DNA of 63,222 nucleotides, filler included, from 4 parts of 4 records of this genome joined end to end with filler, not necessarily neighbours in it; one strand, 5' to 3'. Shown: positions 20,713-29,209, counted from the whole stretch's first letter. Numbers and translations: made by a program. Notes: generated by a model not told the origin, from the sequence alone.

Positions 20713-21939
20713 TTGACATATAAAAAATTTAGAAATGAATTCGAGTTCGCTGTAAATTCTGTCCGTGAAGAGGGTAGATACCGTATATTTAGAGATATAC
20801 GTCGTAAATCAGGTTCTTTCCCTCATGCTACATGGTTTAGGGCTGACAGTGAAAAGGATATAGTAGTTTGGTGCTCAAATGATTATCTTGGCATGGGACA
20901 GAATGAATGCGTAATTGAGGCAGTTAAGTCTGCAGTTGATAGTGCAGGTACTGGCTCGGGAGGTACTCGGAATATTTCAGGAACCACTAGGTACCATGTT
21001 CAATTAGAGAAGGAGTTAGCTGATTTGCATAACAAAGATAGGTCATTAGTAATGACTTCAGGTTATGTTGCTAACGAAGCAACATTAGGAGTCATGAGCA
21101 AGATACTGCCTGGATTGGTTATTCTTTCTGATGAAAAAAATCATGCATCGATGATTTCTGGTATTCAAAGAGCTAGATGTAAAAAAATTATTTTTAACCA
21201 TAATGACCTTACGGACCTTGAGATTAAATTAAAATCACTTCCCTTGAAAACACCTAAAATAATTGCTTTCGAATCTGTTTATTCTATGGACGCTGATATA
21301 GCTCCAATTAAGGAAATATGTGATTTAGCAGATAAATACAATGCATTAACATATATAGATGAGGTCCATGCAGTAGGAATGTATGGTCAAACCGGCGGTG
21401 GAGTTTGCGAAGAATTAGGTCTATCGAATAGAATCGATATTATCCAAGGAACTTTAGCAAAAGCTTATGGTATGGTTGGTGGCTATATAGCAGCAGATGA
21501 GGTTATTATTGATGCTGTCCGATCAATGGCTTCTGGATTTATTTTTACTACATCGATACCGCCAAGTACGGCAGCTGGGGCCTTAAGGTCTGTTAAGATT
21601 TTAAAAGTAACACCAGAAAAACGTGTTAAACATCAAGAGAGAGCAGAAGCGCTAAAAGATCGTTTTAGGTTGGCTGGTTATGATTTTATTGATGGTAAAA
21701 CACACATAGTCCCAATTATGGTTGGAGATCCAGTTAAATGCCAGGCAATATCTGATCGTTTAATAGAAAAATTTGGCATTTATGCTCAACCAATCAATTT
21801 TCCAACAGTACCACGTGGGACTGAAAGACTCAGGTTTACTCCTAGTCCTTTTCATGATGATGTTATGATGGATAACTTAATGATTGCACTTGATTCAGTT
21901 TGGAAAGAGTTTGGTTTAGATAAGAAAAAGGTAGCATAG
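20713..21939 (+). CDS. hemA: 5-aminolevulinate synthase
   Basis: [42 protein letters not shown] start. Confidence 0.97.
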   Translation: MTYKKFRNEFEFAVNSVREEGRYRIFRDIRRKSGSFPHATWFRADSEKDIVVWCSNDYLGMGQNECVIEAVKSAVDSAGTGSGGTRNISGTTRYHVQLEKELADLHNKDRSLVMTSGYVANEATLGVMSKILPGLVILSDEKNHASMISGIQRARCKKIIFNHNDLTDLEIKLKSLPLKTPKIIAFESVYSMDADIAPIKEICDLADKYNALTYIDEVHAVGMYGQTGGGVCEELGLSNRIDIIQGTLAKAYGMVGGYIAADEVIIDAVRSMASGFIFTTSIPPSTAAGALRSVKILKVTPEKRVKHQERAEALKDRFRLAGYDFIDGKTHIVPIMVGDPVKCQAISDRLIEKFGIYAQPINFPTVPRGTERLRFTPSPFHDDVMMDNLMIALDSVWKEFGLDKKKVA

Positions 21940-22005
21940 TAACCTTTTTTATTGAATTAAGTTATTAATATTTTTAAATAATTCTCTTTTTATTGGAGTC
22001 GCAAA

Positions 22006-22664
22006 ATGAGCGGTCAGAGAAATACATATCCTGAAAAATACTTTACTGAAAAATTAAATATCCGAGACCCGGAAGTCTACGCCTCTATGTTTGATGAGTT
22101 AGAGAGACAAAAACATGAAATTGAATTAATAGCTTCTGAAAATATCGTCTCTCAGGCTGTTTTAGAGGCGCAAGGTTCCGTCTTAACAAACAAATACGCT
22201 GAAGGTTACCCTGGAAAGCGTTATTATGGTGGTTGTCATCATGTCGATGTGACAGAGCAATTAGCTATCGATCGTGTCTGTCAATTATTTAATTGTGGAT
22301 ATGCAAATGTTCAACCAAACTCAGGTTCGCAAGCAAATCAAGGAGTTTTCTTAGCTCTTTTAAAGCCTGGCGATACAATACTTGGCATGGATCTTGCATC
22401 AGGTGGGCATCTTACACACGGAGCACCACCTAATCTATCAGGAAAATGGTTCAATGCTGTTTCTTATGGAGTAACAGAGGATACTAATTTAATTGATTAT
22501 AATCAGGTCGAGGCTTTAGCAATTGAACATAGACCTAAAATTATAATTTGTGGTGGTTCCGCTTATTCGCGTCATATTGATTTTAAGAGATTTCGTGATA
22601 TTGCCAATCAAGTTGGTGCATATCTTCATGTAGATATGGCTCATTTTTCTGGATTAGTTGCTGG
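22006..22664 (+). CDS. glyA: Serine hydroxymethyltransferase, truncated at contig end
   Basis: [34 protein letters not shown]. Confidence 0.96.
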
Positions 22665-22764
22665 NNNNNNNNNNNNNNNNNNNNNNNNNNNNNNNNNNNN
22701 NNNNNNNNTTAATTAATTAANNNNNNNNNNNNNNNNNNNNNNNNNNNNNNNNNNNNNNNNNNNN
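22665..22764. other. Artificial contig linker
   Basis: N-run + TTAATTAATTAA (stops in all six frames) + N-run, 100 nt. Confidence 0.98.
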
Positions 22765-22870
22765 ATATTTTTTTAATTATTAATATTATTCCAACCCCTA
22801 ATACAATGTGTACAATATTTGGGTGCCAATGATCACCACAAATTCCTAATAAATGTTCTAAATATTTCAT
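22765..22870 (-). CDS. Small His/Cys-rich membrane protein, partial (not in ORF track)
   Basis: ATG overlaps the queE stop (ATGA); MKYLEHLLGICGDHWHPNIVHIVLGVGIILIIKKI, open to the contig end. Confidence 0.6.
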
Positions 22871-23598
22871 ACTCCAGTTTTTTTATTCCAAATTTCTATA
22901 TGTAATCTTGTAGTAAAATTAATATGATTATTTTTTGCTAATTCAACCACAAATAATTTGTTTTCATTTAATAATTCTTGATTTTCACCTGCTGGCATTA
23001 AATAAATTTTATTTCTATCTATATGCTCCATATATACATCAATAATTTCTTCCCATTCTTTAAGTTTATTAATAACAAATTTAAATATAGTGTTGTATTT
23101 ATTTAATTCAATAATAACATCTTTTTTAAATGTCATTGATCTGTCGTTACCACTATTTAATAATTTAGGACTACAATTCCATAGGTCAATATTTAATAAT
23201 AAATATTCATTAGGCATTATAGTACCATTTGTTTCAACTTCAAAATATGCGTGTGGATTAATTTCTTTGTAAATGTATTTCATAAATTCTTCTAATCCCT
23301 TTTGTTGCATAGTTGGTTCTCCGCCAGTCAAAATAACGTGAGCTCCTAGTTTTATTGCTTTTATACATTCTTCATCTAATATTTCATTTACTGGTTTTGA
23401 GGTAGCTTTCATCCATACCTCTACTGTATCACATCTAAATTCTGCACCATTATGTAATTCTCCATCGAATTGAGTTCCCATACCGCCACACATAAGATTA
23501 CAACCTCCTAATCTAACAAATACACTTGGAATACCAACTGTTTTACCTTCTCCTTGAATTGAATAAAATACCTCGCTAATTGCTAATTTCTGATCCAT
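22867..23598 (-). CDS. queE: 7-carboxy-7-deazaguanine synthase (radical SAM)
   Basis: SEVFYSIQGEG, VFVRLGGCNLMC...CDT, ILTGGEP, EVETNGT, SPKL, RLH. Confidence 0.93.
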   Translation of the reverse strand: MDQKLAISEVFYSIQGEGKTVGIPSVFVRLGGCNLMCGGMGTQFDGELHNGAEFRCDTVEVWMKATSKPVNEILDEECIKAIKLGAHVILTGGEPTMQQKGLEEFMKYIYKEINPHAYFEVETNGTIMPNEYLLLNIDLWNCSPKLLNSGNDRSMTFKKDVIIELNKYNTIFKFVINKLKEWEEIIDVYMEHIDRNKIYLMPAGENQELLNENKLFVVELAKNNHINFTTRLHIEIWNKKTGV

Positions 23599-23989
23599 TA
23601 TATATAATAGTTGATGATTTTGTTTCTGCTAATTGTATTTCACAAATAGGTAGTTTTGCTTCATTTTTAATTCTTGTAAATAACCAAATAGCCATATTTT
23701 CAGCACTAGATTCAAAAGGTAATTTTCTGTATGGCTCATTAGCTAAATCAAGCACATCACATAAAGAATCTTTATCCCATAATAAAAAATAGTGATCATA
23801 ATATTTTATTATTGGCTCTACAAGAGCATCTATATCACTAAACAAAACAGTTAATCCATTTTTTATATTAGTAAATTCAAACTTACAAATAACATCGTAA
23901 GTATGTCCGTGTAATCTTCCACACTTTTCTCCTGCGGATTTATTTCTATGACCTGCATAAAAATAATATTTTTTTTGAATTTTTATCAT
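23576..23989 (-). CDS. queD: 6-carboxy-5,6,7,8-tetrahydropterin synthase
   Basis: F.AGHR, CGRLHGHTY, DH..L, SAENMA, ET. Confidence 0.92.
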   Translation of the reverse strand: MIKIQKKYYFYAGHRNKSAGEKCGRLHGHTYDVICKFEFTNIKNGLTVLFSDIDALVEPIIKYYDHYFLLWDKDSLCDVLDLANEPYRKLPFESSAENMAIWLFTRIKNEAKLPICEIQLAETKSSTIIYNGSEISN

Positions 23990-24867
23990 GATTGAGTTCC
24001 TGCTAGTTTCGCATATTTAATTTTTAATATTTCGCATTGATGAATCAACACACTATAATTTAACTGTGCTTTTTCAGTCAAATTAAGATTATATTTTTCT
24101 ACAAAGTTATTAATTTTGTTTTTATAATTTGAAATTATTTCTTCATTATTAAGATTTTTCATTAATTTCTTATCTCCTAATGAATCTAAAACACCATATC
24201 TAACTGGAGTAAGCCAACTGGTTGAATCACTCGTAGAACAAAAGTTACAATCTCTCAAAAGTTTCATTTCGGTACATCCAAGTAGGTGTATATCTATTTC
24301 TGGTTTTTTATTTTTAATGTAATTAGCTAATTGATATACATATTCTTTTTTCTTAATAATTCTTAATTCTGGTATGCTTAAAGCTATGTAATCACTATAC
24401 TCTATCATCTTATCTAATCCCTTTCTACCATCTTCAAAATGAAAAACATTAATTTGTCTATTTGGAAGATTTTCTTTCATATATTCTCTAAACTCCCAAG
24501 CTGCATCTACACCTAATATTTTTTGACAATCAACTTCAACATAAGTGCCTTTAAAATTATTTACTTTTATAAATTCTATAATAAGATTTACCCATTCAAA
24601 TAAGAATTTTTTATCTTTTTTACCTTTTGCAGCACCAAACATTAAAGTAAATAAACCACTATCCATTATTGTATGTCTAGAATGTTTATCAATAATTTTA
24701 GGTACTTCACTTATTGAAGTATTTTTATTGCCAATTTTATTCACTATAAAAGGATATACTGTAAAAAGAGAATAATTTACTTTAGCTGCATTTACACATA
24801 AAAAATGTGGTAAAGTTTCACAACCAGCAAAATGAACTTTTAAATTTTCTTGATTAGGAATAATCAT
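23986..24867 (-). CDS. dpdA: DpdA-like DNA 7-deazaguanine transglycosylase (TGT fold)
   Basis: DSGLFT (TGT DSGxF), IHLLG (TGT H.LG), SDSTSW motifs; no TGT C-terminal zinc site; coupled to queD/queE in a phage. Confidence 0.75.
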   Translation of the reverse strand: MIIPNQENLKVHFAGCETLPHFLCVNAAKVNYSLFTVYPFIVNKIGNKNTSISEVPKIIDKHSRHTIMDSGLFTLMFGAAKGKKDKKFLFEWVNLIIEFIKVNNFKGTYVEVDCQKILGVDAAWEFREYMKENLPNRQINVFHFEDGRKGLDKMIEYSDYIALSIPELRIIKKKEYVYQLANYIKNKKPEIDIHLLGCTEMKLLRDCNFCSTSDSTSWLTPVRYGVLDSLGDKKLMKNLNNEEIISNYKNKINNFVEKYNLNLTEKAQLNYSVLIHQCEILKIKYAKLAGTQS

Positions 24868-25214
24868 ATATCTACTCTTGCACCACCTCTATTATCTTCA
24901 AAAACTTCTACCCATATACAACCCTCATCTTGAAAATGTTGTAATATATCTTCTGCTATCATTTCACAACTCATACTATCAAATTCCAATATTGATCCAT
25001 AACATTCAGTTAAATAGTATTGAACTATTTCTTCTTCCATAAATATTTCTATTTGTCTGTCAGGATCAATAACTTTATAACCTAATCTAAATCTAAAATT
25101 ATGTCTGTGTTTGTGAGATAAAAATTTAACTTGTTCTGGAGCATTCACCCATTTGTGAAATCCAACCATTTCAAAATCTAATATTACTGTTCGTTTAACT
25201 TGAGAATTTTCCAT
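24864..25214 (-). CDS. dpdL: QueD-like T-fold protein, putative CDG decarboxylase (DpdL-like)
   Basis: GFH.W..AP, LSHKHRHNF (LxxxHRHxF), SCEMIA, VEVFED..GGA; second QueD-like gene in the cluster. Confidence 0.7.
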   Translation of the reverse strand: MENSQVKRTVILDFEMVGFHKWVNAPEQVKFLSHKHRHNFRFRLGYKVIDPDRQIEIFMEEEIVQYYLTECYGSILEFDSMSCEMIAEDILQHFQDEGCIWVEVFEDNRGGARVDI

Positions 25215-25735
25215 AATGCTTTTTCTAGTTTTTCGTCAATTTTTAATAATGCCTCTTGAACTTTTAATCCATCTTCTTGACTAAATTCAAAAGATATTTT
25301 AAATTTACTACTTTCTACATTGGAATCCGAATTTTCTGAAAAAAAATTTTCAATTTCTGTATCATCATAATCATATTTAACAACATTAACTCCCCAATCA
25401 TTTAAAGGTAAATCTGACCATTCATTACCTAAAATATCCCAATCCCATTCTCCAAAACTTGAGTTATCTTTAATTATAAACTCTTTTTTTTGTTCTTCTG
25501 ACCAATCTAATACCTGATCAATATATACTTCAAATAAACCAGCAGATTTACATGCTTTTAATCTCATGTTACCGCCTAAAACTACCATATTTTCATCTAC
25601 TACAATAGGTCGTTTTTCAAGCATTTCAGGAAAACTTTTTATTGAATTAACTAATTTTTTAAACTTTGCTTTGTTTATATATCTAGGATTATTTTTATTT
25701 TCATTAACAGTTTTAATATTTACTAATTGTATCAT
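25184..25735 (-). CDS. ParB/Sulfiredoxin-like domain protein
   Basis: NPR.I, L..SI..F, PIVVDENMVVLGGNMRLKA, IKDN..FGEWD. Confidence 0.85.
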   Translation of the reverse strand: MIQLVNIKTVNENKNNPRYINKAKFKKLVNSIKSFPEMLEKRPIVVDENMVVLGGNMRLKACKSAGLFEVYIDQVLDWSEEQKKEFIIKDNSSFGEWDWDILGNEWSDLPLNDWGVNVVKYDYDDTEIENFFSENSDSNVESSKFKISFEFSQEDGLKVQEALLKIDEKLEKALWKILKLNEQ

Positions 25736-25944
25736 GTTTGCTTATTTTGATTATACAAATATAAATATAAATCCCATATTTTTTCACTTGCTATTTTTTG
25801 GTTTTTATATGTTTGTGGTGATCTAGTTATTAATCCATTGTCGTTTACTTCGATATAACATTCTTTTTTATATTGAACTGGTACTATATAAATTTTAATA
25901 TTTTTATCTAAACACCAACTTTGAGCTTTAAGGTATATATTCAT
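25732..25944 (-). CDS. Hypothetical phage protein
   Basis: 70-aa ORF; ATGA overlap with the ParB-like gene and short overlap with the upstream zinc-ribbon ORF. Confidence 0.7.
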   Translation of the reverse strand: MNIYLKAQSWCLDKNIKIYIVPVQYKKECYIEVNDNGLITRSPQTYKNQKIASEKIWDLYLYLYNQNKQT

Positions 25945-26089
25945 AATTGTATTTATTAATCATTTCTTTACATCCTATACAAGTTAAAGCTGACCAACTA
26001 AAATGATATACTTTAAAACATGCACTACAATTAGGACAAACAATAATTTTACCTAATCCAGCTCTTGTATGTTTATTTACTTTTTTCAA
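25928..26089 (-). CDS. Small zinc-ribbon protein, 53 aa (not in ORF track)
   Basis: TTG start overlaps the helicase stop (TTGA); MKKVNKHTRAGLGKIIVCPNCSACFKVYHFSWSALTCIGCKEMINKYNYEYIP, two CxxC pairs; fills the gap exactly. Confidence 0.8.
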   Translation of the reverse strand: MKKVNKHTRAGLGKIIVCPNCSACFKVYHFSWSALTCIGCKEMINKYNYEYIP

Positions 26090-27765
26090 TCCCACGGTAT
26101 ATTAGTTTTAATTTTTAAAGCTGGAGAATCATTATCTATACATCTATATACTCCACCATTTTTAAAATCAGGAGCAACATAAAAACTACCTAATTGACCA
26201 TTTTCTTTTCTTTTAACTTTTTCAATATAAACAGTAACTAAATCACTACTGAATTGAGTTTTTTGACCAATATTTCTAAATACTATCATACCATTGTAAC
26301 ACTTATTAAAAAAATCTGCTGATCCACTAATACTGTATAATGTTGGTTTTTTATATTGACCATTTTCACTTTCAATTTTTCTTGGGTGTGCTACTAAAAA
26401 TAAATGTGTATTTGTTTGTTGACAGAATTGAGTAATTTGGCTTAACTCTCTTCCTATATAACTAAAATCTCTTTGTGCGGAATGATCTAGCATATTCCAA
26501 GGATCAATAACACATACGTTTATTCCTTTTTGTAATACTAATTGTTTAAATAATTTTAAAATACCTTTTAGAGTTAAATTTTCTAAATCTATTTTAATCC
26601 AAAAAAAATGATCTTCTATAAAATCTTTAACTTGATTTAAATCGTCGTTATTACAATTTTTACCCATTAATTTATTTGCTATTCTTTTTATATGACCCTC
26701 GTATGGAAAACTTTCTGGAGAAAACATGGCACACCTAAAATCGTGATCAACAGCCATATTACATAACATTTGATCTAAAACGTCAGATTTTCCACTATTA
26801 GGAATTCCACTTACTACCGTCCATTCTCCCATTCCTATTTTTAAATAATCAGTACTATTTGGTAATCCTACATCATAATTTTTAACTCCATTCTCATTAT
26901 AATTTAAAACATTTTTCCATAAATTACCAATATTCAAAACACCCTCTAAAGGAAAGTTTTTAGCTTGATCTATAATATTTCTTAATACATCAACACCTTT
27001 TTTTACTAATACCTCATTAGCATCTTTAAATTCTCCAAACTCTACATATTTACATCTGTATCTTCCAAATCTTCTAGATAATTCATTTCTTAATTGTAAA
27101 CCAGCATCATCATTATCAGTACATAAAATAATTTGTTTTTTATTATCAAAATATTTCCAACAATTATCTAAATAATCTAATCTTTGATTCCCTTTACTAG
27201 CACCATTTGGAACACTACATACACTATACAAACCAGCTTCATGTAAACTTAAAGCATCCATTTCTCCTTCAACTATGTAACATTTTTCTGAACTTTTTAT
27301 ATTATTTAAACCATAAAAAATTAATTCAGCACCTGAAACTAATTTAAAATTCTTTTGTGAATCTCTAAATTTAACATTAATTATTTCTTCATTTCTGTAA
27401 TAATTGAAATTTATACATTTTCTTTTTGCTTGTACTTGAGGGATATATTCTAATGATTCTCCTACTTTCCAATGTATTAAAGTTGGCTCAGAAATTAATC
27501 TTTTATTAAACCATTTAATTACTCTTTCAGTAATATTAGAATTAATTTTTGGAGGTAAAATATATTCTTTTTTCTTTTGAAATTTAATATTACCACCCCA
27601 CCCACAATGATGACAATTATATAATCCATCATCAATATTAACACTTAAACAAGGATCATTTTTTTTTCTTCTAGTACTTGAACATTTAGGACATAACGTA
27701 TGAACTTGACCAGATGACTGTTTTAGTTTAATACCTAAATCTTGTAATGATGAGTAGTTGTTCAT
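26086..27765 (-). CDS. Twinkle/T7 gp4-like primase-helicase
   Basis: CPKC...CHHC zinc finger, TOPRIM VEGEMD and DNDDAG, Walker A GIPNSGKS, IDPWN, VAHPRK, ISGSADF. Confidence 0.92.
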   Translation of the reverse strand: MNNYSSLQDLGIKLKQSSGQVHTLCPKCSSTRRKKNDPCLSVNIDDGLYNCHHCGWGGNIKFQKKKEYILPPKINSNITERVIKWFNKRLISEPTLIHWKVGESLEYIPQVQAKRKCINFNYYRNEEIINVKFRDSQKNFKLVSGAELIFYGLNNIKSSEKCYIVEGEMDALSLHEAGLYSVCSVPNGASKGNQRLDYLDNCWKYFDNKKQIILCTDNDDAGLQLRNELSRRFGRYRCKYVEFGEFKDANEVLVKKGVDVLRNIIDQAKNFPLEGVLNIGNLWKNVLNYNENGVKNYDVGLPNSTDYLKIGMGEWTVVSGIPNSGKSDVLDQMLCNMAVDHDFRCAMFSPESFPYEGHIKRIANKLMGKNCNNDDLNQVKDFIEDHFFWIKIDLENLTLKGILKLFKQLVLQKGINVCVIDPWNMLDHSAQRDFSYIGRELSQITQFCQQTNTHLFLVAHPRKIESENGQYKKPTLYSISGSADFFNKCYNGMIVFRNIGQKTQFSSDLVTVYIEKVKRKENGQLGSFYVAPDFKNGGVYRCIDNDSPALKIKTNIPWD

Positions 27766-28262
27766 ATATCTAAATCCTGAATGTCTAACAATAATTTTTT
27801 TTCTACAACATAACTTTCAACTTTTGTCATTTTTATATTTTTTTCTTGAAAAACCATTTTATTAGTAGCAAATCCTTCAAACCTATATCTAGGATAAATA
27901 CAACTAAATAAAGCAAATAAATTACAGTTACTTTTTGCATATTTTGGTATCATTAATGGATTATTATAATTTCTATTAACCTTAACATCAACTGTATTAT
28001 TAATAAAAACAGCATCAAAATAATCTGATCCTAATTCTTTTGAAGTATTATGTATTTTAAAATCAGGATATAAATTTAATTCTCTACAAAAAATAAATTC
28101 AGCTCCAAAGCCAACAATATTTAGTTTTACATCACTTTTATCATTTACTGTCTTAAAACCATTCCAACCAGTTTTTATTTTATTATTGTGTCTTTGATTA
28201 GCTGCTAACTCAACTATTTGTTTTTCATAATTATCCAGTTTGTATATTTTGCCTTTTTTCAT
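27762..28262 (-). CDS. Hypothetical protein, possible PD-(D/E)XK nuclease fold
   Basis: G.GAE...D...VDVK arrangement; ATGA overlaps on both sides. Confidence 0.5.
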   Translation of the reverse strand: MKKGKIYKLDNYEKQIVELAANQRHNNKIKTGWNGFKTVNDKSDVKLNIVGFGAEFIFCRELNLYPDFKIHNTSKELGSDYFDAVFINNTVDVKVNRNYNNPLMIPKYAKSNCNLFALFSCIYPRYRFEGFATNKMVFQEKNIKMTKVESYVVEKKLLLDIQDLDI

Positions 28263-28942
28263 TGTTTGTTTTTTCTGTTTTTATATAATTCCATAAATCT
28301 GTCTATAAATTTCATTCCATATTTATCAAGGTGCCTTAATTTTATTAATGTTAAAAAATTAGTTTTCCAAAAATCATCTAACCTTATAAACTGACAAGCT
28401 AAATAAACGTCTTTAAGATCGTACTTATCGATCCTTTCTATTTTATCTAAACACTCTATCCATTTTTTTAATTGTGTTTCTGAATTAGGTTTATATCGTT
28501 CTGGAAACAATTCTATAAAGTGTAAATAACTCTTTAAAATAGTTTCACTAATATTACTTTTATATATATATATATTATTATATATAATATTACTTTGTGG
28601 CGATTTTTCCAGCGCTGGTTTTTCCATGCGTGGTTTTTTCGTGTCTGGTTTTTCATTTAGATAATAATTAGTGCCAACATATTTACCTTTTTCAGAAATA
28701 CGTTCTCTAATTAAATAGCCGTTATCAATTAATTCTTTTAATCTTTTTCTAATTGTATCTCTCCCTTGTTTAAAATGGCCGCAAATAAATTCTGTAGTAA
28801 TTACTTGTTTTGAGGTATGACTAAACATCCAACAATATAAACCAGTAGCACCAATACTTATATTTTTATGTCTAAATATATTACTTGGTACAATAGTAAA
28901 ATTGTCAAACTTTTTAGGTTTGTAAATTCGATTATATTCCAT
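28259..28942 (-). CDS. Phage replication initiator (N-terminal winged HTH)
   Basis: NFTIVPSNIF, ISIGATGLY, GRDTIRKRLKELIDNGYL; central iteron-encoded KP repeats; C-terminal DDFWK..LT..KLR. Confidence 0.78.
   Translation of the reverse strand: MEYNRIYKPKKFDNFTIVPSNIFRHKNISIGATGLYCWMFSHTSKQVITTEFICGHFKQGRDTIRKRLKELIDNGYLIRERISEKGKYVGTNYYLNEKPDTKKPRMEKPALEKSPQSNIIYNNIYIYKSNISETILKSYLHFIELFPERYKPNSETQLKKWIECLDKIERIDKYDLKDVYLACQFIRLDDFWKTNFLTLIKLRHLDKYGMKFIDRFMELYKNRKNKQ
28549..28654. repeat. Putative phage replication origin: four 15-bp-period iterons plus AT-rich tract
   Basis: Minus strand GAAAAACCAG/AAAAAACCAC/GAAAAACCAG/GAAAAATCGC at 28645, 28630, 28615, 28600, followed by a (TA)n-rich stretch at 28549-28594. 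Confidence 0.7.
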
Positions 28943-28957
28943 AATTGATTTTATAAA

Positions 28958-29209
28958 CTAACTTTCGTCAATTAATCCTTTTATACTATCACAAAAACTT
29001 CTTAATTTTTTATACATTGATTTATATTCTTCATAGGTAATATCTTTTTCTTCATATAAAAAAAACAACAATTCACTTAATAATACATATTCAGTTTCTG
29101 TTGAATAACCTACATATTTATAATCATATTTAAAACCATCAGTTGAGTCAACAGTCCATCTACATTTTTGAGTTAATTCATCAAAGTAGATTGATTTATG
29201 TTTTGCCAT
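28958..29209 (-). CDS. Hypothetical phage protein
   Basis: 83-aa ORF within the co-oriented operon. Confidence 0.7.
   Translation of the reverse strand: MAKHKSIYFDELTQKCRWTVDSTDGFKYDYKYVGYSTETEYVLLSELLFFLYEEKDITYEEYKSMYKKLRSFCDSIKGLIDES

Noticed and set aside
22665-22716. ORF-track extension of glyA, or glyA as a pseudogene
   Set aside because: The ORF simply runs into Ns and stops in the linker; this is assembly truncation
22665-22764. TTAATTAATTAA palindrome within N-runs (also 44905-45004 and 55665-55764)
   Set aside because: Identical 100-nt synthetic spacers; composition and taxonomy change across each, so adjacency across them has no biological meaning
22867-24867. queD/queE as auxiliary genes for host tRNA queuosine
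   Set aside because: No queC/queF/queA seen, the TGT-fold protein lacks the tRNA-TGT zinc site, and the ParB/DpdL-like context fits DNA modification better; not fully excluded
28561-28590. (TA)n microsatellite as a phase-variation tract
   Set aside because: In frame within the initiator and next to the iterons; better explained as the origin unwinding element
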